From an uncultured bacterium (GTDB lineage: Bacteria; Babelota; Babeliae; Babelales; Babelaceae): 64,000 nt of DNA. The notes beneath the pieces are model-generated. The model saw nothing but the letters and a program-made list of their open reading frames with translations. It made no database searches and was not told where the DNA came from. Below, in pieces: positions 20,301-29,648 of the stretch. The first letter of the stretch is position 1, and each line of letters opens with the position of its first letter. Both the position numbers and the translations under genes were made by a program. The DNA lies in NCBI GenBank assembly GCA_963848965.1, contig CAWKFG010000001.1, positions 512,001 to 576,000 of the forward strand. Reading direction: 5' to 3'.

Positions 20301-22275
20301 AATGGTTGATGAGCGGGGTAGGACGCTCTTAATTGTTGCAGCTCAAATGGGCAATAGAGATTTAGTAGAGCTCTTATTGCGCTATAGAGCGGATGTTAAC
20401 GCATGTGATAAAGATCAAGGTACAGCGTTGACGCATGCTGCTGCTTTAGGGCATGAGGAAATCGTAAAACTTCTTATGAAGGAACCGCTTTCGCACAGTC
20501 AATTCGCTAATGCAATGCAAAAGGCTGCCCACAATGGTCATGATACCATTGTGCTTCTTTTACTTTCAGAAAGTTCATCAGATAGAAATGAGGCTCTTAC
20601 AAATGCATTACACGCTGCTGCGCTAGGAGGTAGAAATGGCTTAGTGTCTCGCTTACTGGATGCTGGTGCTACTATCAATGCTCGAAGCTCTCTAGAACAG
20701 ACTCCTTTAATGTGGGCAGCATGGGCAGGGCATAAGGAACTAGTACAGACTCTATTAACTGCTGGTGCAGATGTTACAGCTCAGGATACTGCAAAACAGG
20801 ATGCTTTAGAATATGCTAAAAAAATGGAACGTACAGATGTAGTAAATCTCCTGCAAGAAGCTCTTTCTGATAAAGAAACATTGCAAAAGAATTTCATGCA
20901 AGCATGTATTCGTGGTGATAGTTCCTCAGTAAGAACATTAGTTAAGCAGGGTGTAACTATTAATTATCAAAATCAAGGTAGAGTTACTGCTTTAATGCAT
21001 GCAGCACATAAAGGACATGCAGATATTGTATACTATTTACTTGAACAAGGTGCTCAAGTGACCCTACAGGATATCTACAAAAGGACTGCTTTAGCATATG
21101 CTGTACTTAAAAACCATAAAGAGATTGCAGAACGTTTGTTGCAAGCTTCAACTAATGAACAGGAAGATCTTAATGAAAGCATAAAGCTTGCAACTGAAAA
21201 CAGCTCATATGAAATGCTTCTATTCCTTATGGAGAAAAGTGAAGACAAGACTAAGGCTTTTAGTCTTGCTTTAACAGGAAGCAGTACAAAAGGTAGATAT
21301 GAGATAGTAGAGAAATTGCTAGACGCAGGAGGGGATATTCTTAAGGAAAAATTGCATGCAATTGCTTCTATTGCGCTAAAAGAAGCTGCTGGTAATGGTC
21401 ATACAAACATTATTAAACTCTTGCTAAGCAGGGGAGCATTACTACGTGTTCCAGGGCAGTTTCATTTGCCACCTGCATTGCAACTGGCAGCTGAAAATGG
21501 ACATCTTGAGGCATTTACATTTCTTGTTGGATTGCATAGTAACACTCTATCTCTCACAGAATTATATAAAAAGATACCTTCTATTATGGGTAATTGTATT
21601 GCAAAAACATATACAACAGGTCCTTCTGCTTTTTTTGCGTCTCTAAAGAAGAACTATTATGATGAAATACTCTTACTTGCAAGACTTCTAAATTCAGCGG
21701 AGATAGTGGCATATCTTAAAGATCCTACTACTGTGAGTAATGAATATATAAGAATATATAAAGAGATTGGCGTTTATACTCGTACTCAATTATCTAGACA
21801 AACGCTGCTTATGTGGGCTTGTATGTTTGGTCATAAAGAAGTTGTAAAGAACCTTTTGGCTGCAGGATTGCCAGCCACTGTTATTAATACTCGAGATATA
21901 TTTGGTCGTACGGCACTCATGTATGCTCTTTTCTACGGTCATAAAGATTGTGCTCTTGCTCTTCTAGACTATTACGCTAAAGAAGCAGAGCTTATACAGG
22001 CTTCATATAAAGAAGATAATGATGCTCGCAATAAAGCTTTTATGACTTTAGGTATCAACCTCACAGATAACAAAGGTGAGACAGCGCTCTTTTATGCAGT
22101 ATTACAAGGAGATCTTGCTCTTGTTAACAAGCTTCTGGTAATGGGAGCACGGCTTTCAACAGATAAAAGAAAAGTTGCTCTTGCTCTTAAAATAGCAGCA
22201 GAGCATGGTTGGAAAGAGCTTTTGATACGATTACTCTTTAAGTGTAAGAATCTACCGCCTCTTTTTAATGCCTAG
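17317..22275 (+). CDS. Very large exported ankyrin-repeat protein (1652 aa)
   Basis: Dozens of TPL/TALMxAA..G..IVxLLL..GA repeats; signal peptide ending TLC|MKR, then a basic patch. Confidence 0.93.
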   Translation: MRQFVALLLLMSVCVGNTLCMKRDREDEKQHKKVKEPRSSKSTKENSNLERELFKAIAQKDHTLVHKLIKQGVNINTRGTYKTTPLIDAVKTGDSELVRLLLSVNAQVNAEDKHLATALMYAAYAGNNEIVRMLAEKSKPTESNSKRALILASACGHLEIVQSLIDHGVPLDATELGQFLGTFVSKEDGVKFKGNVCPLIIASYYGHRTLVEWFIKKDKFSINTKCYGRTPLTAAIEGGHRDIVLMLLKHGAKITVVKTEHPLIVAVQNNRYDCVKELFDQGHFTAQTIEYRTKDERTALMIAAQLGYDNIIEFLVEKYIMHAVKCEVYYQVLCGAVEGDQEALVHKYMPLLLALDVKERTRGISRETPLMRAAKMGKEKMVKLLLSLEASYWDCRSALSLAQDSGHKEVAALLEGAVKRNTERYQQLLNACSQGDVPLIKELYRKGEDISNEPEKNPLMLAAQGGHREAVSLLLEHSTYRIEDALLLAVEAGHTAVVKLLLAKGALNPEREYRTFFSNEKKVTPLMRAVEYGYTHIVEMLLSAGADIFAQDKEGHSALAWAKFKNNHSMVSMLEAEICYREELSKRFLLASSCGNVIQVKELLEQPIDTTVQDEEGRTALELAIVNNHKAVVELLIGSRMYSHVDKVLALQYAAKTNDSALIKFVADKLGERHILRVDLKALECAAMHGNENALSSLINMYLHDCYGPSKTKRLNVTIATLAGAARGNRSMLVKKTLGKLKNWPADGKRSLLTLAAANGSLDIVKLFIQKGCPINEHDEEGSNALIAAAQGGFIELMEFLLEQGIDNAHENKHGISALACAAGTGQKDAIQILLKRRVPITKMAFHQTIARNHEEIITLLLEASEDKHFALTTALFEAVMYGRTTLVGYLIKQIAHLNVRTENNKTLLMVAIECDHWDIVELLIASGVDLYACDAQGRSALQVAQEKGMEEAFERMCTHALQGKNEILQRLFKAVSENDKPLLEELLKSKAHVSMVDERGRTLLIVAAQMGNRDLVELLLRYRADVNACDKDQGTALTHAAALGHEEIVKLLMKEPLSHSQFANAMQKAAHNGHDTIVLLLLSESSSDRNEALTNALHAAALGGRNGLVSRLLDAGATINARSSLEQTPLMWAAWAGHKELVQTLLTAGADVTAQDTAKQDALEYAKKMERTDVVNLLQEALSDKETLQKNFMQACIRGDSSSVRTLVKQGVTINYQNQGRVTALMHAAHKGHADIVYYLLEQGAQVTLQDIYKRTALAYAVLKNHKEIAERLLQASTNEQEDLNESIKLATENSSYEMLLFLMEKSEDKTKAFSLALTGSSTKGRYEIVEKLLDAGGDILKEKLHAIASIALKEAAGNGHTNIIKLLLSRGALLRVPGQFHLPPALQLAAENGHLEAFTFLVGLHSNTLSLTELYKKIPSIMGNCIAKTYTTGPSAFFASLKKNYYDEILLLARLLNSAEIVAYLKDPTTVSNEYIRIYKEIGVYTRTQLSRQTLLMWACMFGHKEVVKNLLAAGLPATVINTRDIFGRTALMYALFYGHKDCALALLDYYAKEAELIQASYKEDNDARNKAFMTLGINLTDNKGETALFYAVLQGDLALVNKLLVMGARLSTDKRKVALALKIAAEHGWKELLIRLLFKCKNLPPLFNA

Positions 22276-22276
22276 A

Positions 22277-23032
22277 TTAAAAAGGAAGTTCTGTAGTATA
22301 TGCTTCAATCTCATCTTTGAGTTGTAGGTTTGTGCTACAGAGCTTGTCTAGAATTTCTTTACCTACAGGAATTGGATACATAGCTTTTACAAGAGCTTCT
22401 TTTGCATAATTATTCCAGCGAGAAAGAGCAGAACCATTACGAGCAATTTCTTTTGAGGTAATGTGTGTTGCAAGAGAAGAGAGGAATGTTTTTTCATAAG
22501 AAGAGAGGCTTGGTTTATTGATAATAATTTTTACAAGAGTTATATAACGGTCAATCAAGGTTGTATCTACTGTTCTTGTATAGGTATTTGGTTCAAAAGT
22601 ACGTGTAACGCGCTGTTCAAAAGAAGGATAATTTTCTGCTAGAAGTGTTTCTACTTTCTCTAAAAATGAGAGCGGTACTTTTTGGGACCATTCGTGCCAC
22701 TGCTCGATAATGATTTTACCGTATCCATTATCATTAAGACCAATGGCATAGGCATATAATGGAGCTAAAAGAGGTATATCAAAGAGTGATAGCTCATGAG
22801 TAAAAGAGACCACTTTTAGCTCATTGTTATCAGGATATATAACAATATCTTTTGAAAGAGGTATAACATCGCCTATTACTGGCCTGCGTTGTGCACAATG
22901 CACTGTGAATGTAGGAATAAAATGATGCTGTTGCAGATCCTTAATACATTCGTTATCTTCTGGTCTTTCTTGTGCATATGCAGGAGAAAGTAAAGCTACA
23001 GATAAAAATAAATAAATATCATGTATATTCAT
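22277..23032 (-). CDS. Exported hypothetical protein
   Basis: 251-aa ORF with signal peptide ending PAYA|QE. Confidence 0.6.
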   Translation of the reverse strand: MNIHDIYLFLSVALLSPAYAQERPEDNECIKDLQQHHFIPTFTVHCAQRRPVIGDVIPLSKDIVIYPDNNELKVVSFTHELSLFDIPLLAPLYAYAIGLNDNGYGKIIIEQWHEWSQKVPLSFLEKVETLLAENYPSFEQRVTRTFEPNTYTRTVDTTLIDRYITLVKIIINKPSLSSYEKTFLSSLATHITSKEIARNGSALSRWNNYAKEALVKAMYPIPVGKEILDKLCSTNLQLKDEIEAYTTELPF

Positions 23033-23046
23033 AGTCTTTCTTCGGT

Positions 23047-23089
23047 TATGCAGTTACCATTCTCTTTTTAGAGTGACGGTAACTGCATA
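23047..23089 (-). terminator. Long stem-loop, probable terminator of the J-domain gene
   Basis: TATGCAGTTACC...GGTAACTGCATA inverted repeat 15 nt past the stop at 23104. Confidence 0.6.
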
Positions 23090-23103
23090 CTTTGTCAACA
23101 GCT

Positions 23104-25341
23104 TTATCTTCTTTTAGCATGTGGTGCCTGTGCAAGTGCTTGAGGTGCTTGCGCTTTTGCTTGTAATTCAACACCAAATGCTTGATTAATATTTTTAAAG
23201 TATTCGTGAATACCTTTTATATAATTTCTATACAGACCAAGATCACCTGATACTGCTGTATCATCTACAGGTATATCTTTATCAGCTTGATCTTTGTTGC
23301 CGTTATCTTTTTGATCTTTGCCCTTTTGCCAGAGCTGTACTTCTGGTTTATCAAGTCCCCAGCGTGTCAACTTTGCCTTATTTATCGGCTTCATCCCTTT
23401 ATTGTGTCTTTCTGTAAGGTTTAGAAGCGGATAAATTTGGTTATGCCATTCTTCTATCCGGGCTTTGTATCTGTCATATACATGCTCTTTCCACATCTTT
23501 TGCAGAGCTGCAGGTAACTTTCCTTGAGGTCCGGGAGCAAGCTTTTGAAGCTTGTCATGCAATTCTCCTAATTTATTCTGCTCAAAGAACTGTTTGAACT
23601 GCTCTAATGCAGTAATTTCTTTAAGAAATGCTTGGTTAGATTGAGCCATATTCTGTGCTTGTTGAGCGCCATTTGCCTGAGGTGTACGTGTAGGAATCGC
23701 AGGAGTCGCTGAAGTAAGAGCTGTATCGAGATTTGCAAGAATGTGCTTTAATTCAACTTTCTCTACTTCTGGTTTACTGTCCTGTTGCTGATCATCTGTA
23801 AGATTGTTGGCTTTCGTAGGCGCTTGAGCTACTTCAATAGTATTTGATGTTCCTGATAAAAGCTCTTCAATAGAACTGATTAAAGCGGCCTTTTCAGCAT
23901 CTTTATCAGAAAGCTGCTTTGCTGCTTTATCTTTTTTAGAAGCTTTTGCTGCTTTATCCTTCTCATCCTTTGCTTTGTCTTTACCTTTTGGTTTCGTTTT
24001 TGATGATTTTGAAGGTTTTGCAGGTGTTGATTCGCTCATAGGTTTTTGTGCAAAAGGTTCTTGTTTATTGAAGCTATTGTTATAGGGTCGTGGATGCTGC
24101 GTACGATAGCTTTCTTGTGCCATATGATGGTAAAACGGATCATAAGGCCCTTCATGATAGCTTGGTGCACGAGGAGCCTGAGCAACGCGTATTGGTTGCT
24201 TTGAGCGCTCATACACTTTCTTTTCAATCTCAAGCTGCTGCTTTGCTTGTGCAAGTTCTTGTGGTTTATGCTTTTCAAGCAACTGATGTATATCTCCCAA
24301 GATATTATGTGGATAGAGGGCTGTTGTGAGAGCGTCTAGAACCTTATTAAACGCTGCAGTTGAAGATTTTTCAAGCCGATTTGCTCGTTCAATCTTATCT
24401 TGCAAAGTGCGATCAACAACTGCACGCTGTTGCGGATCCTTTAATGAATCGTAAGCATCTTGAATAAAGCTGAATGTAAGACGTGCTTCTTTAAGCCGTT
24501 TTTTGCGAGCTCTTTCGTCACTTATTCCTTCAGCCTTTAATTGCTTTTCAATCGCTGTTGGATGTTTTTCTGCTTTGAGTGTATTGTATGCTGCTTTTAT
24601 CTCATCTTCAGTGGCGGTATATGGTATACCAAGTAGCTCATAAGGATCCTCTTCATCGCCCGTACCTGCTTCTTGAGGAGCTATACCAGGCTCATAGGTT
24701 GCAATAGTAGAATGAAGTGTTTCAAGATTCTTATAGAGCTTTGCAAAGTCTTTACTAGTTAAATACGGGAGTAGCTCTTCTCTTGAAAGGATATTTAAGA
24801 AGTATACAAGTTCAGTTAGCTCTTGGCGAAGTCGCGTTTCTAATTTATGTGCAAGAGCAGGATAGCTGCTTGCCTTTTGTCGCAACGAACCAAGATGTTG
24901 TAAAAGCTCTTTAAGTAAGGTCTTAGCATTTGTAGGGCTTGTTACCTGTACTAACTGAGGAGTTGCTGGTTTAGCCTTAGGAGCGGCTACTTTTTCTGGG
25001 ACTTTTATTTGTGGTTTTTCTGGTTGTGCTGATGGAGCTGGTGGTGTTTGTGTTTCCATCCATTTGGCTACATCGTCAAAATTGTTTGGATCAAGTCCCT
25101 TATCGCGCATCTGCTGTTCCATCTCTTGGCCAAGCTTTTTTAAAAAATCTTGGTCTTGGGGTGGGAGGTTATTAAGAGCGTCGATAAATTGTTTAAATTC
25201 TTGCGCTTCCGATTCACTTAAATTAAGAGAGCTTAAATCTGTATCATTAAGTTGAAACAATTGCTGTTCTGCTCTTGTTATAAGGAATATGGGGAAGCAA
25301 GAAAAAATCAATGAGATAAAAATTTTTTTAAAGTACTTCAT
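23104..25341 (-). CDS. Exported protein with internal J-domain (HPD changed to HPT)
   Basis: DPYELLGIPYTATEDEIKAAYNTLKAEKHPT...FSFIQDAYDSLKDPQQRAVVD; signal peptide MKYFKKIFISLIFSCFPIFLITRA. Confidence 0.75.
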   Translation of the reverse strand: MKYFKKIFISLIFSCFPIFLITRAEQQLFQLNDTDLSSLNLSESEAQEFKQFIDALNNLPPQDQDFLKKLGQEMEQQMRDKGLDPNNFDDVAKWMETQTPPAPSAQPEKPQIKVPEKVAAPKAKPATPQLVQVTSPTNAKTLLKELLQHLGSLRQKASSYPALAHKLETRLRQELTELVYFLNILSREELLPYLTSKDFAKLYKNLETLHSTIATYEPGIAPQEAGTGDEEDPYELLGIPYTATEDEIKAAYNTLKAEKHPTAIEKQLKAEGISDERARKKRLKEARLTFSFIQDAYDSLKDPQQRAVVDRTLQDKIERANRLEKSSTAAFNKVLDALTTALYPHNILGDIHQLLEKHKPQELAQAKQQLEIEKKVYERSKQPIRVAQAPRAPSYHEGPYDPFYHHMAQESYRTQHPRPYNNSFNKQEPFAQKPMSESTPAKPSKSSKTKPKGKDKAKDEKDKAAKASKKDKAAKQLSDKDAEKAALISSIEELLSGTSNTIEVAQAPTKANNLTDDQQQDSKPEVEKVELKHILANLDTALTSATPAIPTRTPQANGAQQAQNMAQSNQAFLKEITALEQFKQFFEQNKLGELHDKLQKLAPGPQGKLPAALQKMWKEHVYDRYKARIEEWHNQIYPLLNLTERHNKGMKPINKAKLTRWGLDKPEVQLWQKGKDQKDNGNKDQADKDIPVDDTAVSGDLGLYRNYIKGIHEYFKNINQAFGVELQAKAQAPQALAQAPHAKRR

Positions 25342-25429
25342 AATATGCTTCCTTATATGGTATTGATACTCTGTGACCTTTTTTGGAGTCAAATATGTCT
25401 ATTTTTAATTTTAGTTTAATTGGAGGCTA

Positions 25430-25792
25430 ATGTCAATGGCCCTGGTACTGATAAAGCAGAGAGGTTTCTTGTTATTTGAAGCATGTATAAGCCTCTTATT
25501 AGTTGCGTTATGTGCTACAATTCTGTCAATGTGGTATAGTCACTTTATAGAAGAGCATACGTCTATAAAAAAGCGAGTTCATGCATTACTCTATGCAAGT
25601 TCTCTTCTTGAGTATATAAGGGTATATAAGGCGATTCCTAAGCATCAAAAGCATAAAGATTATTCAGTACAATGGAATGTTGTGCCCGATACAACTATAC
25701 CTTCTTTTAAACATATAACAGTAACTGTTACGTGGGCGGGGCGAAGAAAGAATTCTCGTGTGCACTTGAGTACAGGAGCTGTTATACTATGA
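25430..25792 (+). CDS. Prepilin-type N-terminal cleavage protein (minor pilin/pseudopilin)
   Basis: KQRG|FLLFEACISLLLVAL; C-terminal HITVTVTW. Confidence 0.75.
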   Translation: MSMALVLIKQRGFLLFEACISLLLVALCATILSMWYSHFIEEHTSIKKRVHALLYASSLLEYIRVYKAIPKHQKHKDYSVQWNVVPDTTIPSFKHITVTVTWAGRRKNSRVHLSTGAVIL

Positions 25793-26274
25793 AACCAGGA
25801 TTTACCCTTTTAGAGTCTCTTGTGTATCTTTTGTTAACTACTCTTATAGCAGGGTTGTCTTTGCATATTGGTGCTCTTTTTTATCATACAATTGCTATGC
25901 ACCTAGAAGATAGTTCGGTAGAGGTTTTGTCTTTACTTGCATTACAAAGCTTTAAAAAAGATATCCAAAGAGCTTGTAAAGAAGAAGCATCATGGAAGTG
26001 TATAAAGGGATCCATGATTGTATTTTCAGATGGAGTAACTGACTATGGCTGGGCACACGAAGATGGGTGTTTACTAAGGTACCAAGGAGTTTTTCGAATT
26101 AAAGCACAAAACTGGAAACGCTCTACAAAGAGTAAAGTGCTGTCTCAGGTATGTAGTGTTCGCTTTAAAGTGTATAAACAAGAGTATATTCAAGGTGTTG
26201 AAATAGAGCTTTTGTTAAAAGATTCATCGATACCGCTGCACTTATTTTTAGCAGTAAAGGCAGAGTCTTTATGA
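25789..26274 (+). CDS. Prepilin-type N-terminal cleavage protein (PilW/GspJ-like)
   Basis: MKPG|FTLLESLVYLLL; ATGA overlap with upstream gene. Confidence 0.8.
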   Translation: MKPGFTLLESLVYLLLTTLIAGLSLHIGALFYHTIAMHLEDSSVEVLSLLALQSFKKDIQRACKEEASWKCIKGSMIVFSDGVTDYGWAHEDGCLLRYQGVFRIKAQNWKRSTKSKVLSQVCSVRFKVYKQEYIQGVEIELLLKDSSIPLHLFLAVKAESL

Positions 26275-26465
26275 ATATGATAGGAATTTTAATTGGTATT
26301 ACTATTGTGACTATATATCTTACTGTTCTTGTTGAACGTACATACTATCTTCACGAAACAGTTCAAGCTTGGGAGTGCAGCATAAAGGAATCTTATCAAA
26401 GAGAGGGCTCTTTGTGTTATAATGCTGAAACTCAGGCTTTGAGAAAAAAGCAAGAAGATGGTTGA
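26271..26465 (+). CDS. Small membrane protein coupled to the pilin genes
   Basis: ATGA overlap; N-terminal TM helix. Confidence 0.5.
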   Translation: MNMIGILIGITIVTIYLTVLVERTYYLHETVQAWECSIKESYQREGSLCYNAETQALRKKQEDG

Positions 26466-26479
26466 CACCCAGCTTTAAC

Positions 26480-26507
26480 ATAAGAGCTCTTTGTAGAGAG
26501 CTCTTAT
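26480..26507. terminator. Bidirectional terminator
   Basis: ATAAGAGCTCT-TTGTAG-AGAGCTCTTAT between convergent genes. Confidence 0.7.
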
Positions 26508-26551
26508 TATTTTATAAATGGGTAGAAAAATTTGAGGAATTTATAAGAAGA

Positions 26552-27373
26552 TCATTGCTCTAATAATGTAACAACTCCCTCTTTTCTTGCGGATCGTGCT
26601 TCATCAAGAGCTGTTTGCCCACGATAATTTTTGAGCGTTCTATCAGCGCCTCTTTCGAGTAAAAGTTCTACTATTTCTTTATGTCCTACTACTGCAGCAC
26701 TCATTAAAGCGGTATTGCCAACATCATCTTGAGCATTTACATCTGCGCCTTTATCTAATAAAAGCTTTATTATTTCTTTATGTCCTCTACCAGCGGCTGA
26801 TGCTAAGGCAGTTGCATCAACTATATTACGCTTGTCTACTTGTGCTCCATGCTCTAATAGGTATTGGACGAAAGGTAGATGTCCATAAGCGGCTGCCATT
26901 TCAAGTGGAAGGTTATGTGCATAGTATTTATTGGGATCCCATCCTTGTTTTTCTATAAAGTCTTGTACTTTAGAAAGATTGCCCTCTTTAGCAGCTTCAA
27001 GAAGTTGCTTTTCTTTTTCAACAGCTTCTTGCCATAGTTTTATACCTGGTATAGTAAGTTCTTTAGCTATTTCAGATGGTAATGGGCGAGGAGTAAACTT
27101 TTTTTGTATATAGTCGATAATGAGCCTGGTAAACTCTAGATCACTAAATAAAGGTATACTAGGTCCCCTTCTATACAGGTCATCTATTTTGAAGGCGGCT
27201 TGTCGCCAATTTTTAGAATCATCTATAATGCTAAAAATTGTATGAGGAGCAAGCTGTGTTCTCAAATCTTGTGGTAAGTACTTAAAGTATGCTTCTAAAG
27301 GTTGTTTTTGCATAGCAAAGTTTATGCTATAACAACTTAGTGAGAGCAGTAAAATAAACATATAATGTATCAT
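26552..27373 (-). CDS. Exported ankyrin protein with F-box-like N-terminal motif
   Basis: Signal peptide ending NFA|MQK; YFKYLPQDLRTQL; 4-5 ankyrin repeats. Confidence 0.88.
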   Translation of the reverse strand: MIHYMFILLLSLSCYSINFAMQKQPLEAYFKYLPQDLRTQLAPHTIFSIIDDSKNWRQAAFKIDDLYRRGPSIPLFSDLEFTRLIIDYIQKKFTPRPLPSEIAKELTIPGIKLWQEAVEKEKQLLEAAKEGNLSKVQDFIEKQGWDPNKYYAHNLPLEMAAAYGHLPFVQYLLEHGAQVDKRNIVDATALASAAGRGHKEIIKLLLDKGADVNAQDDVGNTALMSAAVVGHKEIVELLLERGADRTLKNYRGQTALDEARSARKEGVVTLLEQ

Positions 27374-27394
27374 GGCATCCTTATTTAATTAAAA

Positions 27395-27532
27395 TTAATC
27401 ACATTGTAAGAATATGTTGTTAGTCATTATAAAGTATTCTTTTAACTCTTTAACTGATTTTTGTTCAGGTGCCATTGCAAGGCACGTACCACTAAAACTT
27501 GCTACTAGTGCTAAGGCAAGTAGATTTTTCAT
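27395..27532 (-). CDS. 45-aa ORF (below track cutoff): signal peptide plus short Met-starting peptide, possible gene remnant
   Basis: Translated by hand: MKNLLALALVASFSGTCLA|MAPEQKSVKELKEYFIMTNNIFLQCD*. Confidence 0.55.
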   Translation of the reverse strand: MKNLLALALVASFSGTCLAMAPEQKSVKELKEYFIMTNNIFLQCD

Positions 27533-27759
27533 GCAACACCATTTATTTATATTTTTATTTTTAATCATTTTATATTATAAACAAATTTATTTGCAGGATC
27601 AATACTACTGCAAGTTATGATAAAATATTATGTGCTTTAGAAGAGCTTTCAAGAGGTGAGCGAAAGTTGAGGTACCTTACTATTGCAAAGAGATTTTCAA
27701 GAAGAAGCTTTTAGTTTATACTATAAGTGATATGAACTATACTAGTATGAGGATACACT

Positions 27760-28200
27760 ATGAGAGTATTTTTATTAAAAGATGTTGAAAGAGTTGGTAT
27801 GGCTGGTGAAATAGTGCAAACATCAGAAGGATATGCACGTAACTATCTTATTCCACGAAAATTAGGTGTAGAAGTGACGCCTCACAATGAGGCCCAGTTT
27901 GCCAATAGAGTAAAAGTTATTGAACATCGTAAAGAGGTTGTAGCTACTAAAACTTCTATGCTTGCAGAAAAGATAAAAGCAATAGAGCTTACCTTAAGGC
28001 GCAAAATGCATGATGGAGGTAAACTCTATGGTTCTATTAGTCCTCATGAGATTGTTGATCTTCTTGCAGAAAAAGGGGTGAGTGTCTCTAAAAACCAAAT
28101 ATTAGTAGACAGTATTAAATCAAAAGGAACGTATCCAGTAACTATTAAATTGTCTTCAAAGTTGCAGCCAACTCTTACCCTTAAGGTTGTTCCTGAGTAA
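27760..28200 (+). CDS. rplI: 50S ribosomal protein L9
   Basis: MRVFLLKDVERVG..GEIV..SEGYARNYLIP; GKLYGSI. Confidence 0.96.
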   Translation: MRVFLLKDVERVGMAGEIVQTSEGYARNYLIPRKLGVEVTPHNEAQFANRVKVIEHRKEVVATKTSMLAEKIKAIELTLRRKMHDGGKLYGSISPHEIVDLLAEKGVSVSKNQILVDSIKSKGTYPVTIKLSSKLQPTLTLKVVPE

Positions 28201-28205
28201 CGCAT

Positions 28206-29585
28206 ATGCAAAAAAAATATTTGCAAGATAAAGAAAAAGGCTCTGTTACAGTTGCAGAAAAGATTTTAGGTAGAACATTGCCTTTTAGTGTTGAAGCAGA
28301 GCGGGCAGTATTAGGTTCACTGTTAATTCATGATGGGCAGCTTGACCTTATTGTAGAGCTATTAACTCCACAAGACTTTTATACTCCTGCACATAAAATT
28401 ATTTTTGAAGCTGTAGAGACTATAGCAGGGCGCAAGCAACGATTAGATATGGTAACGCTGCAGGACGAGCTTGAAAAGATGGGGCAGCTCTCTTATATTG
28501 GAGGGATAGTCTATTTACTTTCATTGCAAGAAGATATTCCTGCCTTAGGTCTTTTAGAACAGCATGCTCGTATTATAAAAGAGAAAGCTACTCTACGAGA
28601 TCTTATAGCATCTGCTACCTCTATTATTACTAACTGCTATGCTCAAAACGATAAGGAAATAGAGACTGTATTAGATGAAGCTGAACGAACTATTTTTAAT
28701 ATATCGCAAAAGCGAGCTCAGCAATCGTTTATGCAGCTTAATATTTGGCTTAAAAAAACATTTCAACATCTGTCTGATATTCGAGGTCACTCAAAGGGAA
28801 TTACTGGTATTGCATCAGGATACAAAAAATTAGATGAGCATACCTCTGGCTTTCAAAAGAGTGATTTTATTGTTTTAGCTGCTCGTCCTTCTATGGGTAA
28901 AACTGCACTTGCATTAAGTATTGCTCGTAATGCAGCTGCACAAAATAAGGCTGTAGGATTCTTTTCTCTTGAGATGTCTGCTGAGCAGTTAACACTTCGT
29001 TTGTTAGCTGCAGAGTCTGGTATTCCTCATCACAAGATTAGAAATGCAACAATATCTTCGGATGAATGGTTGGATCTTACGCATGTAGCAGGCCAACTTG
29101 CAGGAGTCAAACTTTTTATTGATGATACTGCCCAACAAACTATTCTTGATATACGAGCAAAGGCACGTAAACTAAAAGCTGAACATAATTTAGAGTTTCT
29201 TGTTGTAGATTATTTGCAGCTTTTGCATAGTAGCAAAAGGCATGAAAATAGACACCAAGAGGTTTCTGAAATTTCTCGATCATTGAAGGCTCTTGCTAAA
29301 GAGCTTAATATTCCTATATTTGCACTTTCACAGCTTTCACGTGCAGTTGATAGCCGTGTTGATAAGCGTCCGTTGTTGTCTGACTTGCGTGAATCTGGTG
29401 CTATTGAGCAAGATGCTGATGTTATTATGTTTCTTTATCGAGATGTTGTATATCATCAGGATACTGAAAATCCTCATGCAGCAGAGCTTATTATAGGTAA
29501 GCAACGTAATGGTCCTACAGGAACGGTACAGCTGCATTTTCAGAATGAGCTTACGTTGTTCCAAGATCCAGAACTTTCTTCATAA
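28206..29585 (+). CDS. dnaB: Replicative DNA helicase
   Basis: AERAVLG, AARPSMGKT, FSLEMS, VDYLQL, LSDLRESGAIEQDAD, KQRNGPTG. Confidence 0.98.
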   Translation: MQKKYLQDKEKGSVTVAEKILGRTLPFSVEAERAVLGSLLIHDGQLDLIVELLTPQDFYTPAHKIIFEAVETIAGRKQRLDMVTLQDELEKMGQLSYIGGIVYLLSLQEDIPALGLLEQHARIIKEKATLRDLIASATSIITNCYAQNDKEIETVLDEAERTIFNISQKRAQQSFMQLNIWLKKTFQHLSDIRGHSKGITGIASGYKKLDEHTSGFQKSDFIVLAARPSMGKTALALSIARNAAAQNKAVGFFSLEMSAEQLTLRLLAAESGIPHHKIRNATISSDEWLDLTHVAGQLAGVKLFIDDTAQQTILDIRAKARKLKAEHNLEFLVVDYLQLLHSSKRHENRHQEVSEISRSLKALAKELNIPIFALSQLSRAVDSRVDKRPLLSDLRESGAIEQDADVIMFLYRDVVYHQDTENPHAAELIIGKQRNGPTGTVQLHFQNELTLFQDPELSS

Positions 29586-29648
29586 GCTTTGCAACAAACT
29601 ATAAAAATCCTTATACTAGGTAGCGATCTTATACGTATAAGGAATGGT

